From Eukaryota sp. TZLM1-RC (taxonomy: Eukaryota > Protista > Metamonada: BaSk clade): a DNA stretch of 64,000 nt. Under the pieces are notes generated by a model. The model ran no database searches. It saw nothing but the letters and a program-made list of their open reading frames with translations, and had not been told where the DNA came from. Each line of letters opens with the position of its first letter. The first letter of the stretch is position 1. Where the stretch lies: positions 190,337 to 254,336 of the forward strand of contig JAUPSS010000014.1 of assembly GCA_040285825.1 (NCBI GenBank). Direction: 5' to 3'. The translations under genes were made by a program, and so were the position numbers. Below, piece by piece: positions 35,095-46,671 of the stretch.

Positions 35095-38000
35095 TGTTAG
35101 CCTTGGATAATATTTATAATAGTTTATTGATAGTTTATTGTACTATTGCGCCCATGCGCTTAAGTTGAGGAAAATCCTCTTTCCCTCGTAATAAATTATT
35201 CTTCAGGTATGCTATGTCTAACCCCCGCAGATCATCAATACGTATTGGATCACCTTTGGGTGGTTTCAATGACACTTCCGAAACTGGTAGGACTGATCCT
35301 CCTACGTCTCACCTTTCGAGTTCTTCCTCCCGAACTCCTCAGTCGGGAACAGAACAACCCTTGACAACTTGGTCCGAAGGAAGCAATGCTTCTCCTCCTG
35401 CTGCGTCGACACCTCCTTTGGAGACACCGTCACGCCTCCCAGTGCAACAGGTTCTTCCTCCCAAACTCCTCAGTTGGGAACAGAACCACCCTCTGTTGGC
35501 GAGAGAAGTGATACTTTCTCCCACCCTCCGTGTCAAGGTTCCACTCCATCTACGGATGTTTTACTAGTCTTCCTGTTCCTCCTTCTAATGTGGAAAACTT
35601 TGTCCCTCTTTCTCCTCCCCCTGGATCTGAAGAAGAGGTCAAAGAATCCCTTTTAGGTTCTGAATAGTTTAGTACTTTAGATGATTAATTTAAATATATT
35701 ATCAACCAGACTGACCCTGACTCGGCCAGCAACAAGATATCTGAGTTGTTGAAGCTCAAGATGGAAAAGTCTCCTTCTTCACCTGTAGTTTGCGCTCCTG
35801 TCGTCCCTTCTATTCCTTCTACAGAAGTCCCTGAATAGGACAACAAGCTCCTTCTACGGAAGTTCCTGAGGAAGGACAACAAGCTCCTTCCACTCCTTCT
35901 ACGGAATTTCCAATGGAAAGCAGCCCATCGCAACAAGCAGCTCTTCCTGTAGTTTTTGCTGGTAACCTCAATTCTTCTACTGAAGCCCAAACTTTAGTTC
36001 TTAATGCTGGCATAGAATTAATGCAAGGAGATCCCACCTGGATTCCTTCTAATAAACTGATTGCTGCTTTACCCACCTTTTGGAGTCCAAAAGTAGTCAA
36101 TGATCACGGTGTTAAAATCTGTAGAAGAATAGACCCCTACTTCCCAAGGAGGAAGTAGACAATCTCACGGTTCGTTGTGACCCTCCTCCAAATTATCCTT
36201 GACGGGATGTTGTTGGAGGGTTCGGAATTCCTCGTGAAGGACTACAGAGGATCTGCACTGGCGATGAGCTGAATCTCTTCCTCAACCGGAGCAATCCATG
36301 TCCATTTCCCAGGTTTAACTTTGAATACAATGCTTCTTTGGATATTTATACCAACAGAGATTTCAGGACTGGATGGTGGTACACCTACACAACAAATTTT
36401 CAGAGATTGTACCTTCAAGATCGTAGACCAGACCATTGTGCGTCGTATTTTGGTCCAGAACATAGAAAGAACAGGCCTCCCAGGGATGCCCTTAAAAATG
36501 TCCAGGAGAACATTGGTGTCACCAGTTCAAGTTCTCTTCTATGGGTTAACATCGATGGTAGTCGTCAAGTCTCGAGCAATCAAGATCAACTTAAGCGATT
36601 AATCGAGCAGTTAGCGGCGTGATTTGAGAACAAATAGAACCCACTAGGGATCCTTGTACTTCTTTACTCAATAGGAAATGTAGACCAATCAGCTTCTTCA
36701 GCAGATTGTTAACTAACTCTCAACAGAACTGACCCACGGTACAGAAAGAGCTTTATGCTATCTTTCTCATGCTTACCGAAAGTGGCTTCAAGAACTACCT
36801 CAAAGAAAGGTGTCTGATTATTTTCACAGATCACCAAAACCTTACATGCTTATTGCTCCGAACAAAAACAGAATGGTCAGAAGGTGGCTTCCCATCTTTT
36901 CTGAGTTCCTATTCGACATCGTTCATATGAAAGAGGAAAAGAACCATTGGGCAGACATGCTATCTAGTATAGTACTACCCCAACACAATCATACCATCAA
37001 TCATCTGGTCCACTCCAACGACCAAGAGTTTCACCCTATCTACTACACAAATACTACATAACATATTTATATTTGTACTATATTTGATCACAAATAGGAT
37101 CGACGAAACTGAGTCAGAGAGATGCTTCGTTGAAGATCTCCACACATTGGAGAAGGTGCTTATCCTTCAAGATAAATGCTTCAGTGACCTTTCACTCTTC
37201 GAGCCATGGCGCTGCAAGATCAGGTCCGAACAAAAGCGAGCCCCCGCTAACCAGGACACTTCGTTAAACAACTGTACTTTGGATAGTCGTCTAGATCTTC
37301 ATCTAACTCCAGAGCACAAGATCGTGATTCCTCAATCACTGGTTAAGGATACGCGTAACCTTCTACATCGACTTCCGCAAGGTGGCCACCCCAGTAAGGC
37401 AGAAAGTCTTCTCAGACTCAAAAACAGCGACTACTGGTGGCCTAACATGCTTTCAGACATGACCAAGCACGTCCAAGATGTCCCTCCTGTCAGAAGACAG
37501 CAGCAGTCCCCAAACTGCATTTTCATCCAACTGGTTCCTTGTGAACTGACAGACCATTTGCAAAAGTTACCGTTGACGTCATTGGTCCTCTTCAAATACA
37601 AATACATTCTTGTATTTGTGGATAGCTTCACGAGGTTCACTATCATAGTCCCTCTCAACGAACTCAACGCCAACCTTACTACGGACGCTCTCGCATGGAA
37701 GGTATGTGCGATAGTTGGGATCCCGTTCATATTCCACAGTGAAAACGTTCCAGAGTTCTCAAAAGCTGTCTTCGACGCTCTATGTGAGTTTTTGGGTATA
37801 GAGGTCTCAAAGTCCGTCCCTCACTTCTCTCAGTCCAACGGTTTAGTCGAACACCGTCACCGTGATATTTTGCAGAATATGAGAAAGCTGCTCGTAGACT
37901 TTAACGCCTACGATGCATGGTCAGAGTACATTTTCTATGTACAATTGTTAATCAACTCATCCAAGAGTTCGATTACAGGTTACTCTCTCCGTACGAGCTC

Positions 38001-38995
38001 ATGTTTGGTTCAGATGTTAGCCCTAGAGCTGACCCCGGCAAAATTATAGAGACCCTCGAAAGCTCAACATCTGAGCCAACGTATATCAACGACATTCAAT
38101 CTAAATTTGATTGAAGAAGGAACAGGAGGAAGCAAAGCTCTGTCAAGCTTCCAAGGCTCCTTCTTGTGATCAGCAAATCGAAGCCAACCCTTTCTCTCCT
38201 GGCCAATTGGTCAAACGAGCTTCGTTTTCCACTGCTAAGTTACATGGATATTACAAAGAACCATTCTAAGTTGTTGACACACCTTCTAACTCCACAGCTG
38301 ATATCAAGAATCTGTGTACTGGTATGGTAGTTAAAGCCAGTGTGCAGCACCTCCAACCTTGGCATTCCAGTTTACCAGCGAATGTTGAATTTTACTCCTG
38401 GGTTGCTGCTGGCGATGCAGAAGATCACGTGATTCAGAAAGTCCTCAGTCAGGATGGTGACCACTGCCAAGTCCAATGACCTGGCAATCATATTACCACT
38501 GAGCTGGTTTCGACTGTTCAGAACACCTCTGCTTTACAAAGAATTCTCCAAGTCTATATCTAATACTCGCTCTCGTCCTTCCCGCCGTAAACGTCGTTCT
38601 GATAATATTAATAATAATGTCAATTCTTCCCCTATCAGGCCTCGACGCTCGAAAAGAAGAAAGGGCGGTGTTAATATTTAAAATAGTTTATTTGTAGTTT
38701 ATTGTACTATTGTGTGGGGTTCGCTAGCATCATTTTCCTTGTACAAACGGATAACAACAGAAACAGGGGTTTATCACAAGGAACGGGAATAATCAGAGAA
38801 AAGAATTTCTTTCTGCAGATAAACTAGTGTGATGACGTGTCATCACGTGATACTGTAAATAACTAATAATCTATAACTACTTGGCTACAAGCCTACAATT
38901 GCGCCCATGCGCTTAAGTTGAGGGAAATCCTCTTTCCCTCGTAATAAATTACTTTACATTTCAGGTATACTGTGTCTAACCCCCGCAGATCATCA
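35095..38995 (+). mobile_element. Internally deleted Ty3/gypsy (chromovirus-like) LTR retrotransposon
   Basis: 5' LTR 35095-35237 and 3' LTR 38669-38995, both TG..CA. TSD CTGT (35091-35094, 38996-38999). PPT at 38651-38668. Gag-like region, RNase H end (KELYAI..WADMLS), integrase and chromodomain-like tail present; protease and RT not seen. Confidence 0.92.
38713..38897. mobile_element. 185-bp solo LTR inserted in the 3' LTR
   Basis: TGTGGG...CCTACA termini; TSD ATTG (38709-38712, 38898-38901); absent from the 5' LTR. Confidence 0.8.
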
Positions 38996-39156
38996 CTGTT
39001 ACAGTTATGTACAACCTTACACTATCAAGTAACAGGAACAGCCACTATCAAAAGAAGAATGTAGTCACCACAGAACAATGTTACAAATCAGAGTGCATCA
39101 GTTACAAAACCAAAATTAATAGTTTAAGTTAAACTAAACTAATCTAAAACTTCAGA

Positions 39157-39747
39157 CCAGTTATATTGTATGTGTAAATCTCATAGAATTGAATCCTTCT
39201 TGGAACCTTTGTTGTCAAATCTGTTTGATGCTGAAAATGATTTTCATAAGAATAATAGAGGTGATGTCATTTTACCTGGATTAGATGGAAGCTTCATTTT
39301 ATTGGATGTAATGTCTGTTGATCCTTGTAATGCCTCAAATGAAAGGCTTGTTAATTCTGAAATTCATAATCCCCTTTCAAATGCTGAAAATTTTAAATTC
39401 AAAAAATACAATGAACCTTTGTCCAAATTGGCCAGTCTACAGCATGCAAAATACAATTTGTATCCATTTGTATTTTCCCTTTTTGGTTCACTTGCACCAA
39501 CTGCTTTACGTTTTTTGGATGATTTTGAAATGATTGTAAAGAGAAGAACTGGCAGAAATTTCAACAGATTGTTTTGGCAAAATAGAATTGTGTTTTTTAT
39601 TTTTAAGGGATGTTGAAGATGGTTTCTGATGCTTTGCTTTCTCTTGGATCTCACTATGAGAGAGTTGCATCTAGTGTTTTTGTTTTGGGAGAGATGGATT
39701 TTTTAGATGTTGATTTATAGGTTTAGAATAAAATTAAATTTTAAAAA
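39157..39747 (+). mobile_element. 5'-truncated non-LTR retrotransposon (RLE domain)
   Basis: RGD..LDVMSVDP..KFKKY; A-rich tail; TSD AAAACTTCAGA (39146-39156, 39748-39758). Confidence 0.88.
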
Positions 39748-39984
39748 AAAACTTCAGAAGTTAATCTTTTCTATCCCATTAAAACTTCAAATTTCAAATT
39801 CATCGAAAAACGATTTCAGACCAACTGGTCGTGAAATTCTCAGGTTTCATTAGAGTGGAGTTTTCAGTAAAACCGATTACCATTGTTGCACAGTTGGTGT
39901 TAACCAAGTGGCTGATAAAAATATATAAAGAGAAACAGTGCCAACAGATGTGGTTCCAGTCTACAATCAACTTGTAATAATTGT

Positions 39985-40255
39985 GATATGTTTTGAAGGT
40001 AATCGATAACAGGTGGAAAACCATATATGGCACTAAAAAGTGATCCACAGAAGTTGAAAACAGAAAAGGATGTTAAACCTAGAATTAATCAATTGAAAGT
40101 GAAAGCATACCAGAAATCGTATAGCACATAGCGGTTGATAGTTCTGCTTTGACATAAATAGAATTATCACCAGTGTGGTCGCCAAATATGAGAGCAAGTC
40201 AGTTCATGCATCCATTGCTGGGTGGAAAAAGATTCCCATTGGCGTAGCGTTGCTA
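39985..40255 (-). pseudogene. Inverted degenerate paralog of the N-terminus of the adjacent permease
   Basis: Reads GIFF..YVKAELSTAM..ISG|LTSFSVF..LSITFK versus YIKAELATAMPISG|LTFFSVF..LSITFK in the intact gene, with a 32-nt intron (40079-40110) at the same position. Confidence 0.75.
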
Positions 40256-40595
40256 CAGATTGAGTAAAAATCAAACAGAGTTAGGAAACTGTCGAATTGA
40301 ATTGAATTAGATTAGATTGATTACATGTACTTTACTCAAATCAATTAAAAGATTCTAAGTAAAATTCCTGTTTGTGAGAGATCATACTACTTGAGTTCAT
40401 CTTCTCTGACTCTCCAAAAAATTCGTCCCGACCTTATTATTGATTATCCTAACTACTACCCACAACAGTATTTCATTAAATCTCTTGCTTGGAAAAGATC
40501 ATGATAGTTGACTTGTCTCAAATTTGATAGAAAATCAATTTGAGTATCATCTTTTCACTCTGATTTTGCCTCTTTCTTCCTTTTTTGTTCATTCC

Positions 40596-42803
40596 ATGAC
40601 ACTAAAGCGGACACTCAATACTGCGGATGTGTTTTCCATATGTGCAGGAGCTATGGTCAGTAGCGGTATCTTCTTACTACCATCCATTGCTTATGGGCTC
40701 ACTGGTCCCTCAATGATTGTTGCTTACATCATTGCTGGTTTTTCCATGGTGCCTGCGGCTTATATAAAGGCTGAATTGGCAACTGCTATGCCTATTTCCG
40801 GTATGAGATCTTTTTCAACTTATTCAAGGACTGACTTTCTTTTCGGTCTTTCGTTCTCTTGGATCCTATTTCGGTACCATTTGTGGATTTGCGAGTTGGT
40901 TGTCAATTACGTTTAAGGTTTGGCTTATCTATCTAACTATGACCTCAGACTGCTTTTGCCTGTGTTGGATTAGCCTCCCTGTACTCTGTTTTCGAGCCAA
41001 ATGCTAAACCGGGGACTTTGTCATTAATTGCCATCGTTATAGCCACAGTTTTTACCGTTATTAACACATTAACTTTGGATGGCACTAAGGTATCTTTCAT
41101 TTTTTGCAAACTCATCGAAAGTCGCTTCAAAAGATCTTAGTTTTTGTTCTGCTATTGATTCTTAGTTTCTTTTCCATTTATGGTTTGAAGGAGGTACCTG
41201 AGAATGGTAAAAATTTTACCCCTTTTATGACTGATGGAATAGGTTCACTCTTTGCCACTGCAGGGACAGTTTATGTCGCTTTTGGTGGGTTGACCAAGAT
41301 CGTTGCAGTCAGGTTTGTCCTGTTCCTTTATTCACCTTAGCGAAGAAATCAAGAGGCCCTCCAAGACTATACCTAGGGGAATGTTTCTTAGTTTTTATGG
41401 TGTTTTGGCCATTTATGTTTTGCTTCTCATTGTCGTTGTTGCTGCATTGAGTCCAGATGCGTTAAGTAATTCTTACACTCCTATAGCGGATGCAGCAGCT
41501 GCTGCAATTGGAGATTGGGCTGGAATTGCCATCAATATTGCATCCTTTTTAGCGTATGCTACAACTGTCAACTCTGGAATTCTCTCTGCTGCGAGATCAC
41601 CTGTTGGTATGGTTCCTTTTGTAATTAATCACAGCAATGTCCCGTGATAAAATCCTTCCCGACTTTTTGTCCAAGTCCTCGCAAAAGTTCAAGACTCCGG
41701 TCAATGGAATCATTGCAACGTATGTCATTTTGGTTGTTTGTTTAGCATTCCTTTCAATTGAAGGTCTTGCTAAAGTTGCTTCTGCCCAGTTCTTGCTCAG
41801 TAATCTGCTTGTGATGAGTGCTGGGTTGGTTTTTGGACTTTCAAGGTTTCCTAGTTACCAGCCTCGATTCAAGACTCTTCTATTTCCATATATGAATGTT
41901 GCTGGTATAATCATCAATATTGTTTTATTGGTGGATATGGGTAGTATTTCTTGGATATCAACTTCGGTAATGCTTGTCGCTGTCGCTGTATGGTACTTTA
42001 TCTATGTATTGCCTCGCAACAAGCAGACTCAATGTGTGCTTAAGTATCTTTTGTCGCACCCTGACGCTGAGTCGCGCTCATCGGTGGAAGACGAACTATT
42101 CAAGATTCGTACTGCTGATATCAAGAAGGATCATTTTGACTATGTTACTGATCGTGCTACAGTAATTGAAACAGACTGTAAGGACTCGCGTGAACTGTTC
42201 CGTACTTGTGCAGATGCAGTAAATGCAAAATTTGGAATTCCACCCAATAATTCCTTTAATATGTTTGTTGATGCTGAATTTAATGGTGGTTTTGATATTG
42301 TTCCCCATGTAGCAGTGTTTAACCTTGCTGTAGTTGATACCAAAGACTTTCTGGAATTGTTTATCGTAAGATCCAAGAAAGGTGTCAAGTTTTATGATGG
42401 GTCGGTTTGTAATATAATGTTTGCACTCGTGTCGTCACGGGAGTTTTCTTCTAATTTTCTACAATGTTATAATTCATTATGCAAGGCTATCGCCTACCCT
42501 ACATATTTGAAACAAGCAATGACTGTTCGTTCACTGCATAACCTAAAAGAATTGTTGTTAGTATCGTACAGGAAACGATATCCCCTCAATGATGAGAGAC
42601 TTAAATATTCAGATGTGTTTGTAGAAGTATCTATTCCACGAGTAGCTTCAACGGGTTCTGTTCGTTCTAGAAAATCGTCTATTGGAAGTAATCCATCAGA
42701 CAGTGATTTACCAGTAGCTACCAAGGTTGCTACAGATAACAGTGCTTTACCTCCTTTGATGGAGCATAGCGAAGGATCTGAGAGTCCTTCTAGTGGCCAG
42801 TAG
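40596..42803 (+). CDS. APC-family amino acid permease with C-terminal PTS EIIA-like domain; 5 introns
   Basis: GAMVSSGIF, AELATAMP, AFGGLTK, EEIKRP and AMSRD motifs. Introns at 40801-40828, 40918-40948, 41090-41121, 41313-41340 and 41607-41634 restore one frame. Confidence 0.9.
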
Positions 42804-43049
42804 TGTTTTTGTGACAATTTTAGAATTTAGACAATTTTTTCTCCTTTTTAAAATAATTGTTTTTTTGTTTTGCCTAATTTTCTCCAAATGTACATTGACT
42901 TGAAAGATGCAAAATTATTTACTTAAAGATGATATCCATGCCAGTTCAAATCTAGTCAGTTCTTAGTATTTCTATCAACCTTTCTGTGACTACGTATATT
43001 ATTTTCTTATGAAATTATTTATTAAACAACAGATAAAAACAATTAAACA

Positions 43050-43330
43050 ATTCATCTCTCATATAACAACAAGAAACAACTCTCTCATAGTTAGAATTTG
43101 AGAGAAAGCAGTAACATCAGAAACCATCTTCAACATCCTCCTAAAATTGTTAATGAAATCAATTTTGCCAAAATAATTTGTTGAATTTCTACTGATACAA
43201 TTTTTAACAATCAGGTCAAATTGTTCGAGAAAATGTAAGTCAGTGAGAGCTAGAGAACCAAATAAGGAAATTCAAATGGAGACAAATTAAATTTTGCGAG
43301 TTATTGGGTACACAATTTGGATAAAGGTCA
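43050..43330 (-). mobile_element. Decayed non-LTR 3' fragment
   Basis: Similar to 39400-39700 (LFGSLA..F..RMLKMVSD). Confidence 0.65.
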
Positions 43331-44279
43331 TTGATTGATTGAATTCGAAAACTTGAGGTTTCAACTTCATAAGGCTTGAAGACAGTGCATTGACCGTGAA
43401 TCAATCACGATATTAATGATTAATGATTTGCACTTTGCACATCATGAATGTATCAATTCTATTCTGAATCTTGTTTGTCTAATCTTGTTTAAATGTGCAA
43501 ATAATTTCATAGGGTCTTAATCATTTATCAATCTATTTCTTCAACCGTTACAGAATACTTTTCCAAAAACTGAAGATATTGAAGCTGTCGACTCTATCAT
43601 CGAAGATGACAGTGAGAAAGCAGTTGAATCAAACTTGTTTGAAGAAGAAATTGTTGAAGCCAGTCATCATTACTTTCTTGCTCGAATAGATCTTGACGAT
43701 TTTTGATATGATCATCAGCTCATTAGTTATTATATTAGTTATATTTACATGTTGTACAATAAAGCTAGTTTAACTCGGCTCCTTGGAAGGTCATTTTGGT
43801 TTGGCAAAAGTGTTTGAAACACCAGAAATGGTCAAAAAGGGAAAACTTCCCTTTCCCGCAGACGGACCCGGACGCAGACGCGTCTTGTAACGTCCGTGCA
43901 ACACTAGTTTCCATATAGATCTTTTTTGTAACATTTCACTTAAACTTGGCAAGCCAAGATCAAAGGAATTTCGAGAAATATTGTATTTCTGAACTCACCA
44001 TTCATTACCCAAATGGCTAAGATCAAAAAACTTGATTACCTTTACATTTGACTAGATATAAATAATCCACAGTAGCATTTTTATTGACTTTTAGCGAAGA
44101 AAGTTACGTTGTGCTCAATGGAGCAGTCGCGTCTATAAAGCTGGTTAATAATTCATGTGTTGGTAATCCATTGTAAAAATGACGAAAACATAATTCAATT
44201 ATTGTGGCCTTCTTTTATATATATGACATTCATTCTATTTTTTCTACGAAAATCAGGTTTTGCTTCAAGCAAATTTGAC

Positions 44280-44900
44280 AATCATGCCAGGGACCAGCTT
44301 TATGTAATGTGCAAATTATATCGAGTATATTCCATTTCAGAACCATTTATAACTTAAATTAATTCTCGAAGACCCCAAAAATGACTGCACGCGTTGACGT
44401 AAAGCTACTGTGGGTCTGAAAAGAAGTGATTTGGTCGATCGTGGCTTAGATGGAAGATTCAACATTTCAGATGTCATGTCCATTGACCCTTGCAATTTTT
44501 CCACCGAACATTTCAGTAATTCTGATGTCAATAACCGTCTTCTTGGTGTAATTATACCAACCTTTACATACGTAAAACCTATTTCTTCTGTCAATGAAAA
44601 TTCTCATGACCATTATAATTTATATCCTTTATTTTCATTGCTCAGCTCTTTAGGTAAGGGTGCCTTGGCTTTCCTTGGAGATTTCTATTTCTTTATTTCT
44701 ATATAGTTGTAAAAAAAGGGCTGAAGATCATTCAATCGTTTTTACTGACAAAACAGGATTGTATTTCCAATTTATATGTGAATGGTGAAATTAATTTCTG
44801 ATTCACTTTCTTCAGTTTGTAAATTTTCTGAATCTTAAATAATTTATTGTTTTGACGTGTAAAAACATGTTTTGAGGATGTGGAGCTTTAGTTGTGTATT
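44280..44900 (+). mobile_element. Non-LTR 3' fragment of the 7760-11194 family
   Basis: RDQLYVMCK, DVMSIDPCN and LSSLGKGALAFL match 10590-11190. Confidence 0.85.
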
Positions 44901-45559
44901 TTATGATTTTATTTCTATTATTTTTTTATGTTTAATCCTATTGTTTTCATTATTTCTATTAACATATTATCTTTCAAGAAGGAATTTGACAATAGAGTTG
45001 CCGATAAAGGTTCAATTCTATGTTACTTGCACCCACAATATAATTGATCTCTTATATCACCATGAACCTTCCTTCCAAAGGTAATAATATGTTTACAATT
45101 GTAATAACTGAGTAATTGTAATCTTTCAGCTACATTTATGAATTCAATTATGAGGTAAATTATCAGGCCAGATCAAGAACTGAAGTCTTATATTTAAAGT
45201 CCAAGAAGAATTATTGGGTAGAATGCCATAACCATGAAGAATGACTAAAGCAGAAAATAAATGGTCAGCAATTATTTGTACTTGTAGAATATGGGTTTGG
45301 GACATGTTTACCCACTTTCCTGAAAAGCATATCACGCCTAACTCATTATATTTGACCAAAGAAAAATTAATACATTGGCAACGTTTTCGTTTGCCTTGTT
45401 TAATAATAACTTTAGTTTGTTTGTTTGTTTTGTGCTGGAATACATTCACTATTCTATCGAATCTTCGTCAATAACACTGATTGTGCTAACTCCGCTTCTT
45501 TGACATCAAATTTCCATTTTGTGTACATTTGATCTGTTAATTTCTACTTTCATTAAACT

Positions 45560-46190
45560 TACACACTTAACAAAATAAACTCATAACTAATGGGACGAAA
45601 TCATTGAACCAAGATTTCCTCCACAAAATTTTGATCTGCTTGCTGTCTAGCTAAAGCTTCTCTTATACGATTGAAAAACCAAGGCAATCTTTTAAAAATG
45701 GCAAAAGAATTCGAGAGCGCCATAGAAAGACATCAAATTTTTTCATTAATTTTTCATGAACCATTTTTTGGACACCATTCAAATAGGTTCCTGCTTCAAC
45801 TGATAGTCTTCCGTTTATCGAAAATGGGAAAGCAATAAACACAAGTAGTCTATTTCTATCAGCATTAGCCTCTTCAATGTCTTTGTCATATTTTCTTTGT
45901 TTTTCCTTGAACTGTAAATTCAAGAGCCCTTAGAGGATTAAGTTTTCTTCTTTGAACCAAAGTGTCATTTGCAACATTACAGGAGACAAAGTCAACAGCA
46001 GCTTCAGAGTTCTCAATCCATTCACAGTATACATCACCTCTGTCATTAGAACCAAAACTATTCAATGACAGTGCCTCTTCAGCAGAGTCTCTTTGATACA
46101 CGAGATCTTGCAGTTCGTGCCATATTGAAAACAGTGTCTCTAACAGCATCATGTAATGAAGAACGTTAAGTTATCAATTTCGAACAATTC
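45560..46190 (-). mobile_element. 3' fragment of the 11206-14546 family
   Basis: NDRGDVYCEW..VDFVSCNVAND..FPFSINGRLS and the matching 3' UTR. Confidence 0.9.
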
Positions 46191-46671
46191 ATGTCATCAT
46201 GTCGCTGATCTGTTCGAAAACAATGAAGTCTTAGGTGGCCAACAGAGCAAAAAAAATAAACAACATAACCAAGCACAATTTGATTTATTTCATCAACGAT
46301 TTCACACAAAAATCATTTTTGTAAGAGAGCCAATATGAGAACAAAATCCATTTGTGTTGAAAGCTGGAAACCAGAAGAAAATAACAAACTACTCCCTTGA
46401 CATGGACTGCTGCACTGTGAAAACAGTGAATGTGGGAATGTGGTGTCTATTAGGGACGTTAGTCTAATCCAAATCTGATAAGAGGTTAAAGCCTGAAGAA
46501 CCTGAATCATTCGAATTGAGAGAACTGAAACAACCACAAAAATAAACTAATGTAGGTACTTCACCAGTGAGTACCTAAGTATATAGAATAACATTAAATA
46601 AAATTATCTTTATCTTAACCCACCTTAAATAACCCATATATACACAGCTAGCATAATGCCTAACGGCAACA

